Positions 48,157-57,485 of a DNA stretch of 64,000 nucleotides are shown here, one piece after another; positions within the stretch are counted from its first letter, which is position 1, and every line of letters begins with the position of its first letter. This DNA comes from Clostridia bacterium (GTDB lineage Bacteria > Bacillota > Clostridia > Christensenellales > UBA1242). The notes under the pieces were generated by a model that had not been told where the DNA came from, made no database searches, and saw nothing but the letters and a program-made list of their open reading frames with translations. The position numbers and the translations under genes are program-made. Where the stretch lies: contig JAFTKS010000012.1 in the NCBI GenBank assembly GCA_017453125.1, positions 26,632 through 90,631 on the forward strand, read 5' to 3'.

Positions 48157-48424
48157 TTTTTAAACCTAACCCCGTAGAAAAAATTTTTCCTCTTATCACA
48201 ATTTCACCTTTATTAATTTGAGCAATAAGTAAATCTTCGCCAACAATTTCAAGAATATTATGTTTTATTTTTAATACAATTTTTTCTGAAGAATAGTCCA
48301 AAAGTTTAAGATAGTTACAAACATACACCCCATAACTTCCTAATTGAATAATTTTGAAATTTTTTGTTACTTCATCAAAAGACAATTTGCAAATTTTAGA
48401 TAATTCTTGTATATAATTTTCCAT
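48140..48424 (-). CDS. yqfC: YabP/YqfC-family sporulation protein
   Basis: VCNYLKLLDYSSEKI..LEIVGEDLLI..GEIVIRGKI. Confidence 0.8.
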   Translation of the reverse strand: MENYIQELSKICKLSFDEVTKNFKIIQLGSYGVYVCNYLKLLDYSSEKIVLKIKHNILEIVGEDLLIAQINKGEIVIRGKIFSTGLGLKNAKTR

Positions 48425-48506
48425 ATAACATTTCCTTTCAAACATTATATGAAAAGAAAAACTCATAAATAACTTAAAAAGAAAAACCTAAGCAAAATAC
48501 TTAGGT

Positions 48507-49115
48507 TTACATTTTGTTCATTATATTTTCAATTAAAAGTAGTTTCATTTCTCTTGGTAATGATTCAAACTGAGAAAGTAGTCTTTCTTTGTTTTCAATA
48601 TTCTCATTTGCCATTTCCTGTATTTTTTTATACAATTGCTCCTTGTCAGGATTTGCCACAGAAATATCTTCAACTTCTTTAACTCTAATGTTTATTTCAC
48701 GATCGGAAATCGCTTTATGATCATTATCGGATATAAATGCGCTAGAAATTACCGTTTTTTCGCGATTATCCTCTTGTGAAGGACTATCAACAAATCTATC
48801 ATAAAGATAGTTTGAATAAGATTGAGGTGCAATAATCTTTATATCCTTTGCTACAACCTTCTCTTTGGTTGCTTTTTCGTCTTTTTTTTCTTCCTTAGGA
48901 CTATCTGTTTCCTTTTTAGGCTCTTCCTTAGGCTTTTCTTCTTTGACGCTCTCAGCTTTTTCTTTTTTCTTTTTATTTGATTTCTTTTCCTTTGCTTTTG
49001 GCTCCCACGCTTCTAACCAATTACCAAATTTAAATATAATCATTAAAAACGCAAGACCAATAAGAACATATATCAATAATTGATAAGGATTAGATATAGA
49101 ACCTTGTTCTAACAT
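48507..49115 (-). CDS. Membrane-anchored hypothetical protein with a Lys/Glu-rich linker
   Basis: N-terminal TM; positional equivalent of yqfB downstream of floA. Confidence 0.65.
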   Translation of the reverse strand: MLEQGSISNPYQLLIYVLIGLAFLMIIFKFGNWLEAWEPKAKEKKSNKKKKEKAESVKEEKPKEEPKKETDSPKEEKKDEKATKEKVVAKDIKIIAPQSYSNYLYDRFVDSPSQEDNREKTVISSAFISDNDHKAISDREINIRVKEVEDISVANPDKEQLYKKIQEMANENIENKERLLSQFESLPREMKLLLIENIMNKM

Positions 49116-49131
49116 AAACTTCTCCTAATAC

Positions 49132-50133
49132 TTAAAAATTGTTATCTGTTCCACCTTTTGAATCCCCAATAGCGTTGCGCATATACGAGTCAGCCTGTAT
49201 ATTTTGCATTCTATAATAATCCATTACCCCAATATTTCCTGATTTAAAAGCCATACCAATAGCCCTTGGCACTTCTGATTGTGCACTGACTAGTTTTGCT
49301 TTCATTTCCTGAGTTTTTGCTTTCATCTCCTGTTCAGCAGCGACAGCCAAGGCTCTTCGCTCTTCGGCTTTTGCGTGTGCTATCTGTACATCAGCCTCTG
49401 CCCTTTCTGCTTGAAGTTTTGCACCAATATTTCGACCAATATCAATATCGGCAATATCAAGACTTAAAATTTCAAATGCAGTTCCTTGATCAAGTCCTTT
49501 TTCAAGAACTGATTTACTGATACTATCAGGATTTTCAAGAACCAATTGATGATTCTTTGCTGAACCTACTGCAGTAACAACACCTTCTCCTACTCTAGCA
49601 AGAATTGTGTCCACACCAGCTCCACCAATCAATTTCTCAATGTTACTATGTAATGTTATTCTAACCTTTACAATCAACTCAATTCCATCACAAGCAACAG
49701 CAGATATTGCTGGACTAGTAACCACAACCGGAGTTACACAGTTTTGTACAGCTTGAAGAATATCTCTATTAGCCAGATCAATCGCCTTTGCATTAGCAAC
49801 ACTCAAATTAATTTTTGCACCTTGTGCAATAATTAGTGCTTCAACAACTCTTTCAACGTTGCCACCAGCCATATAATGTGTCTCTAAATCAACTATAGAC
49901 AAATTCTTTACGCCCGCTTTTTTCGCATTGATATAAGCACCAACAATCAGAGCGACATCAACATTTCTAAGTTTCATTCCAACAAGTTTAAATGATGGAA
50001 TATATGCGTGACTCACCATAGCCTTGACCCAAACTTTTACAGGTACCATTCCGCAGAATACACCAATGCCAACAATTAATATTACTAGTATTGATACTCC
50101 TATCCACAAACCAACGCCTAAAATTTGATTCAT
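49132..50133 (-). CDS. floA: Flotillin-like protein FloA (YqfA, UPF0365)
   Basis: [56 protein letters not shown]. Confidence 0.93.
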   Translation of the reverse strand: MNQILGVGLWIGVSILVILIVGIGVFCGMVPVKVWVKAMVSHAYIPSFKLVGMKLRNVDVALIVGAYINAKKAGVKNLSIVDLETHYMAGGNVERVVEALIIAQGAKINLSVANAKAIDLANRDILQAVQNCVTPVVVTSPAISAVACDGIELIVKVRITLHSNIEKLIGGAGVDTILARVGEGVVTAVGSAKNHQLVLENPDSISKSVLEKGLDQGTAFEILSLDIADIDIGRNIGAKLQAERAEADVQIAHAKAEERRALAVAAEQEMKAKTQEMKAKLVSAQSEVPRAIGMAFKSGNIGVMDYYRMQNIQADSYMRNAIGDSKGGTDNNF

Positions 50134-50362
50134 ACTACCTCCATAAAATAATATTTTTATGTAAGTTGTATTTTAATAAACTATTTTTCCATTTTCAATG
50201 TATATATTATATCATAGATATAATCAAAAATAAATACCTCTTTGAAAATTTGTTGAATTAATATTTATTCATAGTTATGTATTTTTATTTGCAGTATTGA
50301 CTTTACTGAAAGCAATATGATATAATAAGAAAACTTGAGAAAATATATAAAAGGAATAGTAT

Positions 50363-50812
50363 ATGAAAAAAACTGAGAAAACATTTGATCTTAATAATTT
50401 ATCAATTGGATTCATACAAGACGACTACTCACCAAGCCTTGCAGGATACAAATTTCTAATTCCAGCATCAAAGTATATTACAAGACAAGCAAATATAATG
50501 CTACTAAAAGATGCATACGATGAACATAATACATATTCTTGTTATCACCCCGCACTAAATAACCTTGAAATTCTAGTTGATGAATATCAATCAGACGATT
50601 TATCTAAGAAGTTATCCAATACAACTACGTGGCAAGCATTTAAATTCAAATATTTCACACAATTAGAAAATATTATTCCTCAACAAAATATTCTTTCGTA
50701 CCAACAATTACACGATTTAGAATTTTCTATCAATGATGAATTACGTAGAATCAAAGGTCAAGAATACGTTGATGATCTTAACAAAAAATTAGAAGAATAT
50801 TCAATCAATTAA
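50363..50812 (+). CDS. Hypothetical protein
   Basis: AAGGA RBS; TTGACT-18-TATAAT promoter at 50297-50326. Confidence 0.65.
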   Translation: MKKTEKTFDLNNLSIGFIQDDYSPSLAGYKFLIPASKYITRQANIMLLKDAYDEHNTYSCYHPALNNLEILVDEYQSDDLSKKLSNTTTWQAFKFKYFTQLENIIPQQNILSYQQLHDLEFSINDELRRIKGQEYVDDLNKKLEEYSIN

Positions 50813-50828
50813 TATCTAGGAGAAGAAA

Positions 50829-51230
50829 ATGAAAACACCAAAAGAATTTTATCAAATAAAAAACATTCAAATCGCTCAAAAAATCAATAATCACAACAAT
50901 TCCCTTAGTTATGTAATGGTATTCCCTGCATCAGTTAGCGAAAACTTCAAATACAATCGAGATATTAGCAAACAAGCAAAAAAGAAACTTTATGCAAAAT
51001 GGTACCACGACCTATCTGGATCTCAAATTTATGCAAACACACAAGATCCATTTTATAAAGACAGAATCCAAAATCCAGAACCTTTATATGACTTTTTGAT
51101 GAGAAATAAAGATCAATTAAAAATTAGAAAAATCAAATCCATAATGCATATATATCAATTAGCAAAATTGGAATCAGATATCAATATGATTCTTTTACCA
51201 AATACACAAGAAGAACATGTAGCCGAATAA
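50829..51230 (+). CDS. Hypothetical protein
   Basis: AGGAG RBS; terminator AAAAAAACAGTGAA..TTCACTGTTTTTT follows. Confidence 0.65.
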   Translation: MKTPKEFYQIKNIQIAQKINNHNNSLSYVMVFPASVSENFKYNRDISKQAKKKLYAKWYHDLSGSQIYANTQDPFYKDRIQNPEPLYDFLMRNKDQLKIRKIKSIMHIYQLAKLESDINMILLPNTQEEHVAE

Positions 51231-51267
51231 CAAAAAAACAGTGAATAATTTCACTGTTTTTTTGTTA

Positions 51268-52101
51268 TTATAATGCGTTTTTCATATCATCGACAATATT
51301 TTGAAGTTCAACAAATATTTGACGAATGTCAGCATTCTTACTATTAAGACCTTCGCCCTTTCTTGTTTCTTCATCAATAAGAACTTCGATATCTTTGATA
51401 AGTTCAACCTTTTTATCAATATCACTATTATCACTAAAATCAAGTTCACTATATCTATCAGTAATATCTTTCAACAAATCACTTAGTTGATCGTTATCAT
51501 ATACTGTTTCTTCATAGTATTCTTCTTCTCTAGCAGGAGCAGGTTTATTATATGTTTTTGTAGATGTAGTAGTTGCTGTAACCTTTGGAGCAGGAGCAGT
51601 TTTCTTAGCAGGAGCTTTCTTTGGAGCAGCACCTTTCTTGCTCTTTGATGTATAAGCATCGCTAGCACCATTGATTTTTGAAAGTGTAATATGAGTATCA
51701 AACATATGAGCATTCAACTCTTGATATTCAGTATTTACGTCGATTACAGTTTTTCCACTACTCTTAAGTTCTACAAGCAATGGAATAAGGTCTCCATCAC
51801 CAGCAACAATACAGTAAGTATCAATTTCAGGCTTCGTATAAACAAGTCTAACAGCATCTACAAGAATTCTAGAGTCTAGTTGACTAAATCTCTTTTTGAA
51901 TCTCATAAATGGTGCTGTTTCATAGCCATATTTAGCAATAACTTCGCTAAGATATAGATGCTTTCTATCATTGTAACCATAGAACTTACAATAAACGACA
52001 TCACCCATACTAAGCAATTTTTCATAAAGTTCTTCGAACGCTTCTGCGCCAATTTTCACATTATCTACGTCTAATAATAATGCAATGTTATTCTCTTTCA
52101 T
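51268..52101 (-). CDS. NYN (LabA/DUF88, PIN-like) domain protein
   Basis: ALLLDVDNV, DSRILVDA, IVAGDGDLIPL..GKTV; Lys/Ala/Pro linker. Confidence 0.85.
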   Translation of the reverse strand: MKENNIALLLDVDNVKIGAEAFEELYEKLLSMGDVVYCKFYGYNDRKHLYLSEVIAKYGYETAPFMRFKKRFSQLDSRILVDAVRLVYTKPEIDTYCIVAGDGDLIPLLVELKSSGKTVIDVNTEYQELNAHMFDTHITLSKINGASDAYTSKSKKGAAPKKAPAKKTAPAPKVTATTTSTKTYNKPAPAREEEYYEETVYDNDQLSDLLKDITDRYSELDFSDNSDIDKKVELIKDIEVLIDEETRKGEGLNSKNADIRQIFVELQNIVDDMKNAL

Positions 52102-52946
52102 AATTTTTCTCCTATTTTGTTTTCACGCATATTATAAAATAAATATTGTTGAGCATACCCTGACAAACCACCAAATCTATCAACCAAGTATTGAGAAATC
52201 TTGATTGCGTTTGTTTCTTGTTTATTATAAATATGATTATAAGCCTTAACTACCCAAGTATCGGTTGGAAATACGTCTGTTTTGCCATAACCAAATAACA
52301 AAATACAATCTGCAACTTTCCTTCCAACACCCTTCAATTTCATCAATTCAATTCTAGATTCGTGGGTTGTCATATTGATTATTCCATAAATATCAACATC
52401 GCCTCTAGCAATCATTTGAATTGATTCATACAAATATGAGTCTCTATAACCACACTTAATTGAAGTAAAGAATTCTCTTGGGATTGATTCCAATTGTTTT
52501 AGAGTTGGAAACGCATAATAATCGCCTTTATTTTCTCCATAACACTCACAGATTTTCTCAATAATTGATTTAATTCTTGGAATGTTATTATTCTGAGAAA
52601 TTATAAATTCTATAATCATTTCCAACGGATCACTACGTAGAATCCTTATCCCACTACCAAACCTGATAGATTCTTTCAGTTCGGGATATGCTTCCAAACT
52701 TGACTTTATTCTATCATAGTTTGTACAAAAATCAAAGTATTTAACAAAATATTTTGTATTATTCGTAAAAATTTTTATAGTATCATTCTGACAATATATG
52801 TCAGCTTTTTGGTCTAAACTATATATAGTATAGCCAAAATCTCGCACTTTGTACCTAAACACTTGTCCACACTCTAGCGTCTGTTTTATATCAAAATCAG
52901 AGCAATCTGTAACAAGTATATAGTCGTCAAATTCTTCATATTTCAT
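52098..52946 (-). CDS. 8-oxoguanine DNA glycosylase (OGG family, HhH-GPD)
   Basis: TLECGQVFR, IISQNNNIPRI, LKGVGRKVADCILLF..FPTDTWV. Confidence 0.9.
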   Translation of the reverse strand: MKYEEFDDYILVTDCSDFDIKQTLECGQVFRYKVRDFGYTIYSLDQKADIYCQNDTIKIFTNNTKYFVKYFDFCTNYDRIKSSLEAYPELKESIRFGSGIRILRSDPLEMIIEFIISQNNNIPRIKSIIEKICECYGENKGDYYAFPTLKQLESIPREFFTSIKCGYRDSYLYESIQMIARGDVDIYGIINMTTHESRIELMKLKGVGRKVADCILLFGYGKTDVFPTDTWVVKAYNHIYNKQETNAIKISQYLVDRFGGLSGYAQQYLFYNMRENKIGEKL

Positions 52947-53022
52947 ATAACTTATGCCTTATACACTGTATATTAAAAATGAAAAACCAACTTTTAAAAA
53001 AGTTGGCTAAAACACACCAAAG

Positions 53023-53301
53023 TTATTCAGCAGGATAAACACTTACTCTTTTCTTATCTTTGGTTTCATTCTCAAATTTTACTCTACCATCAGCAGTTGC
53101 AAACAAGGTATAATCTTTTCCAACACCAACATTTTTTCCGGCATTGATTCTAGTTCCTCTTTGTCTGATGATAATAGAACCAGCAGTAACCACTTGGCCA
53201 TCTGCACATTTAACACCTAGTCTTTTGCTCTTTGAGTCACGACCATTCTTTGAAGTACCTTGACCTTTCTTATGAGCAAAGAGTTGAATATTAATAAACA
53301 T
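53023..53301 (-). CDS. rpmA: 50S ribosomal protein L27
   Basis: [23 protein letters not shown]. Confidence 0.98.
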   Translation of the reverse strand: MFINIQLFAHKKGQGTSKNGRDSKSKRLGVKCADGQVVTAGSIIIRQRGTRINAGKNVGVGKDYTLFATADGRVKFENETKDKKRVSVYPAE

Positions 53302-53638
53302 TCTCTATTACCTCCATTGAAATATACTCTGAATACCCTTCCATCAAATCGTTAATTGACTTGTATAGTGTCTCAAATAAAATTTGCGACTCTTTCAATT
53401 TGTCTAAACTGATTGATTTTGGTAATTCTACTTTTATGTAACCATCTTTATCTATTCTCTTAAGTTTCAACTTAATTCCACACACATCTTTGAGACCTAT
53501 AACTATTGATTGTGTGATTCCAGATATTGTAGCACATAATACATCTTTGCCAGACTCGTCAAATCCAGTATGACCGGAACACACAAATCCAACAAAATAA
53601 TTTTCGTTTTTTGATTTAAAAAACTTTATATTAGTCAT
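53291..53638 (-). CDS. prp: Ribosomal-processing cysteine protease Prp
   Basis: [13 protein letters not shown]; between rplU and rpmA. Confidence 0.92.
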   Translation of the reverse strand: MTNIKFFKSKNENYFVGFVCSGHTGFDESGKDVLCATISGITQSIVIGLKDVCGIKLKLKRIDKDGYIKVELPKSISLDKLKESQILFETLYKSINDLMEGYSEYISMEVIENVY

Positions 53639-53639
53639 A

Positions 53640-53945
53640 TTACTTAACCGAAACTATCTTTAATGCTGTGAAAGGTTGTCTATGACCTTGTTTTCTACGA
53701 TAGTTCTTCTTTGCTTTGTATTTGAAAACAACAACTTTATCTTCTTTGCCATGCTCAACTACTTCTGCAACAACTTCTGCATTCTTAACAAGTGGATTAC
53801 CATTAGTAACTTTGTCACCATCAACTAGCATCATAACATCTAGATTGATTTTGTCGCCCACTTTAGCATCTAACTTCTCAACATTAATAATGTCATCTTG
53901 GCTAACCTTATATTGTTTGCCACCTGTAGTAACTATTGCGTACAT
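53640..53945 (-). CDS. rplU: 50S ribosomal protein L21
   Basis: MYAIVTTGGKQYKV..GHRQPFT. Confidence 0.98.
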   Translation of the reverse strand: MYAIVTTGGKQYKVSQDDIINVEKLDAKVGDKINLDVMMLVDGDKVTNGNPLVKNAEVVAEVVEHGKEDKVVVFKYKAKKNYRRKQGHRQPFTALKIVSVK

Positions 53946-53959
53946 TAAAATTTACCTCC

Positions 53960-54025
53960 TCTAACCAGACTCATTGTGTAGGCTTTAGATTAATCTAAAA
54001 TTAGTTGCCTATTCCATATGGCTCG
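53960..54025 (-). ncRNA. Putative L21 leader
   Basis: GAGCC..AATAGGC..hairpin..GCCTAC..GAGTC..GAGGAGG between a TTGACA-17-TAAATT promoter (54059-54031) and rplU. Confidence 0.5.
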
Positions 54026-54153
54026 TATGTAATTTACCATAAATTAAGCCGTTTGTCAATGATTTATTTATAAATAAATTTAATATTTAAATATTTTATT
54101 ATGAATAATTAAAATATAAAATCACAAAATAATAAAAAACACAGAGGTATCAT

Positions 54154-54603
54154 ATGGAAATCACACAAAAAGAATTTGAGAATAACACTAATTTATTGGA
54201 TAAAGCGTACATAAATGTCCGAATGGCATCTTTTGCAATCGATTGTATTATAGACAAAATCGAAGACTCCAAGCTTGAAGAATTACTTAGAAAACAAAAC
54301 GACTTTTATCTAGACACCACTGAAGAAATCGAGAAATTATGCGAAGAATTCAAGCATGAACCAAAAGATATTAACATATTCTTGAAAGGCTCATCATTTG
54401 CAAGCATAAACATCAAATCAATGATAAATAACGAAACACAACACTTGGCAGAAATGCTAACGCAAGGGACAACTATGGGAATAACAGAAATGATAAAAGC
54501 AAGAACAGACTTCCCTACAACCAATGAAAAAATCCTAAAGATAGTCGACAACATCACAGGAAGCGAAGAAAAATTCGTCGAATCTCTTAAGGACTTTTTA
54601 TAA
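54154..54603 (+). CDS. Helical-bundle (ferritin-like) clostridial protein, possibly spore-associated
   Basis: HLAEMLTQGTTMGITE motif; four predicted helices. Confidence 0.55.
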   Translation: MEITQKEFENNTNLLDKAYINVRMASFAIDCIIDKIEDSKLEELLRKQNDFYLDTTEEIEKLCEEFKHEPKDINIFLKGSSFASINIKSMINNETQHLAEMLTQGTTMGITEMIKARTDFPTTNEKILKIVDNITGSEEKFVESLKDFL

Positions 54604-54647
54604 AATTATTCTTAATATACGTCAAACTTATCAATATAAACAATATG

Positions 54648-54986
54648 TCAGATTAAAATAACCGAGACTCCACTATTTAACGTCTGCAAATTTTCTTGCA
54701 AAATTAGTTCTGGACAGATTCTGCACATATTGATTTTTGATTCATTCGTATCTCCCCATTGTTCTCCAAACACATAATCCGATATTATGTGTTTTTTCTT
54801 TAAGGTCGGCAAATAATTATGCACCGCATCTTTTATAAGCCCACCTTTTCCGTGAGAACCATACCCGTGAATTATTACAACTGCACGATTTCCAACCGCT
54901 CTTGAATATTTAATCTCTTCATCAACAAGAAATAATGCATAATCACAATTGGGATTGCCTTCTTTTATATTGATGACCCTAATCAT
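54648..54986 (-). CDS. Stand-alone Smr/MutS2 domain protein
   Basis: VVIIHGYGS.GKGG...NSGVSVIL; ATG 54986 with GGAGG RBS, overlapping the rsmD stop. Confidence 0.85.
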   Translation of the reverse strand: MIRVINIKEGNPNCDYALFLVDEEIKYSRAVGNRAVVIIHGYGSHGKGGLIKDAVHNYLPTLKKKHIISDYVFGEQWGDTNESKINMCRICPELILQENLQTLNSGVSVILI

Positions 54987-55521
54987 TACGCCTCCCAATA
55001 TACGACACAACAATTGTTCCGTACTTTTTTGCATCAAGTAATTCATAACCGTTTGGAATTGAAAAGTTCTTATCAACCAAATGTTCATAAATAATCAATC
55101 CATCTTGTGCTAAAATATCAAATTCAGCAATTATTTTTAATGCCTTATCTCCAAAATCAGTAGCATACGGAGGATCCAAGAAGATATAGTCAAAGGCATT
55201 ATTCTTTAGTGTATTTAAAGCCTGAATATAGTCTTTTTCTACCAAATTAGGAGTCTCTTTTGCTTTTTTGAAATTTTGCTTTATAAGAGAGATACTTGCC
55301 TTATTATTATCAACAGACACAACCTCTCTTGCACCCCTACTCAAAAACTCCAAACTCACAGCACCAGTTCCGCAAAACAAATCTAGTACTGAACTATTTT
55401 GTATACCAAACTGAAGTTTATTAAATATATTTTCTCTAACCCTGTCTGTAGTTGGACGAATGTTATCAGCATCAAAAGTATATAATTGCATTCCCCTATG
55501 TTTACCAGCTACTATTCTCAT
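54979..55521 (-). CDS. rsmD: 16S rRNA (guanine966-N2)-methyltransferase
   Basis: MRIVAGKHRG, RPTTDRVRENIFN, LDLFCGTG, FLDPPY. Confidence 0.95.
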   Translation of the reverse strand: MRIVAGKHRGMQLYTFDADNIRPTTDRVRENIFNKLQFGIQNSSVLDLFCGTGAVSLEFLSRGAREVVSVDNNKASISLIKQNFKKAKETPNLVEKDYIQALNTLKNNAFDYIFLDPPYATDFGDKALKIIAEFDILAQDGLIIYEHLVDKNFSIPNGYELLDAKKYGTIVVSYIGRRND

Positions 55522-55675
55522 ATATCCTCATATTATAATTTTTATTAATAATTATTTTACAATAAAAAAGACTTGTTTGCAACAAAACAAGCCTATAATA
55601 ATATTATTACACACAACCAATGTTTTCAACATTAATAGCTACAATTGCATAATTATAATTTAATTTGTATATTTA

Positions 55676-56752
55676 TTATTTTTTTAAATAATTCATTCTT
55701 TTATAATTGAAATCACACAGCACCTCATATGGAGAAGTTCCTATAACGTTTGCCATTTCTTGAATTGTTATTTCTTGACCTTTAGAATTCCCAATGATAA
55801 CGACTTCATCATACAATTTTGCTTTTACATTTGAAAGATCAACCATAAAAACGTCCATACAAATCATTCCAACAATTTTACACCTAACACCGCCTATCAG
55901 AACTGAAAACTTGTTTGACAATTGTCTATTGATACCATCAGCATAGCCTAATGGAACTATGCCTAATTTCATTGATTTATTGGTTTTGAAAGTTCTTGAA
56001 TAACCAACAGAATCACCTGTTTTCAAATCTAAAATATGTATAATTTTAGATTTTATTTGCATTACTGGAGTATTTCCAATATTATTTTCCATAAAGCCAT
56101 ATAGCAAAAAACCACTTCTAACCATATCAAAATGAAATTTATTTGAATGAACCAGTCCGTACGAATTCGCAATATGAAACAAAATATCTTTTCCTTTCAA
56201 TATTTTTTTAAATTGCAAAAATCTAAAATATTGTTTATTCATAAAACCAACATCTTCAGATTTAGTTGCAAAATGCGAATACACTCCCTCAATATTAATT
56301 CTTCCATCATTTTCAATTTTTTTTATTGCATCTTTAAATACGTTTATTGACCTAAAACCAAACCTATTTAGCCCAGTATTTACCTGCAAATGAATATTTA
56401 TATGTTTTATTTCTTTATTTAGAATACTATTTACTTGATTCAAAGACCCTATACTAATCGAGATATTATTTTCTTCAATTATTTTATAATCTTCCTCATC
56501 GACACAACCCAGTACAAGTATCTTAGTTTTTTTATCAAATACCCTTATTTGCAAAGCCTCCTTAAGGCAAGCACACGCAAAAAAATCAACTCGACCTTTA
56601 AGTGCTTTGCATACAGATTCTAGTCCTATCCCATACGCATTTGCCTTAACAACAGCACACATCTTAACGCCACTATTTAAGCAAGACCTTATATTGTCTG
56701 CATTCTTTTGTAATCTATTTATGTCTACAATATAATCACTAAAACTTTTCAT
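55676..56752 (-). CDS. alr: Alanine racemase
   Basis: AVVKANAYG (PLP Lys), NTGLNRFG, GYSRT, GYADG, GMICMD. Confidence 0.95.
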   Translation of the reverse strand: MKSFSDYIVDINRLQKNADNIRSCLNSGVKMCAVVKANAYGIGLESVCKALKGRVDFFACACLKEALQIRVFDKKTKILVLGCVDEEDYKIIEENNISISIGSLNQVNSILNKEIKHINIHLQVNTGLNRFGFRSINVFKDAIKKIENDGRINIEGVYSHFATKSEDVGFMNKQYFRFLQFKKILKGKDILFHIANSYGLVHSNKFHFDMVRSGFLLYGFMENNIGNTPVMQIKSKIIHILDLKTGDSVGYSRTFKTNKSMKLGIVPLGYADGINRQLSNKFSVLIGGVRCKIVGMICMDVFMVDLSNVKAKLYDEVVIIGNSKGQEITIQEMANVIGTSPYEVLCDFNYKRMNYLKK

Positions 56753-56946
56753 ATAATTTAATTATGTTTTGTATTTTAATAATGTTAAGAACAAACCTAT
56801 TATATAATTATAATTATAATTCAATATGCATAATTATTTACCATATATGAACCTTTTCTTAAATTTTGCGTATTATTATGCAAAAAATTATTTTTTATAA
56901 AAAATTTTTATGCTTGAATTTTATTTAAGTAATTACAAAATAAATG

Positions 56947-56975
56947 TTGACAAACTTTTCAAACTATATTATAAT
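56947..56975 (+). promoter_or_regulatory. Consensus SigA promoter of tRNA-Lys
   Basis: TTGACA-17-TATAAT. Confidence 0.9.
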
Positions 56976-56998
56976 AACAAAGTCAATTAAATAATTAT

Positions 56999-57074
56999 GC
57001 TTCTGTAGCTCAGTTGGTAGAGCAACTGACTCTTAATCAGTGGGTCCAGGGTTCGAGTCCCCGCAGGAGCACCA
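56999..57074 (+). tRNA. tRNA-Lys (CTT)
   Basis: GCTTCTG/CAGGAGC acceptor stem, anticodon loop CTCTTAA, CCA. Confidence 0.97.
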
Positions 57075-57436
57075 ACTCAAGCACCTTTGGTGCTTTTTTT
57101 GTTTGCACCAGACTGGAACTCACAACATTTTATGTTGCACAACTTCGTTGTTGAACCCTTGACCTTGTCCAGGTGTAGTCGGGCACCCTTCCCGACAATT
57201 GACGTCTCTTCGCTCCTTAATTCGTTTCCCCGCAGGAGCACCAATTCAAGCACCTTTGGTGCTTTTTTGTTTGCACCCGCTTGCACTCACAACATTTTAT
57301 GTTGCACAACTTCGTTGTTGAACCCTTGACCTTGTCCAGGTGTAGTCGGGCACCCTTCCCGACAATTGACGTCTCTTCGCTCCTTAATTCGTTTCCCCGC
57401 AGGAGCACCAACTCAAGCACCTTTGGTGCTTTTTTG
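57075..57436 (+). repeat. Two tandem 169/167-bp units, each ending in the tRNA-Lys 3' end plus a terminator
   Basis: TCCCCGCAGGAGCACCA ends at 57074, 57243 and 57410, each followed by TCAAGCACCTTTGGTGCTTTTTT; unit interiors are near-identical. Confidence 0.95.
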
Positions 57437-57485
57437 TTCAAGAATAAAAAAGAAGCACAAAACAATCATTGTACTTCTTTTTTTA

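Noticed and set aside
53023-53638. N-terminal extension on L27
   Set aside because: A known Firmicute feature cleaved by the adjacent Prp protease; not novel.
57059-57436. Regularly spaced repeats suggesting a CRISPR array
   Set aside because: The intervening sequences are near-identical and about 130 bp, the repeat is a tRNA 3' end plus terminator, and there are no cas genes.
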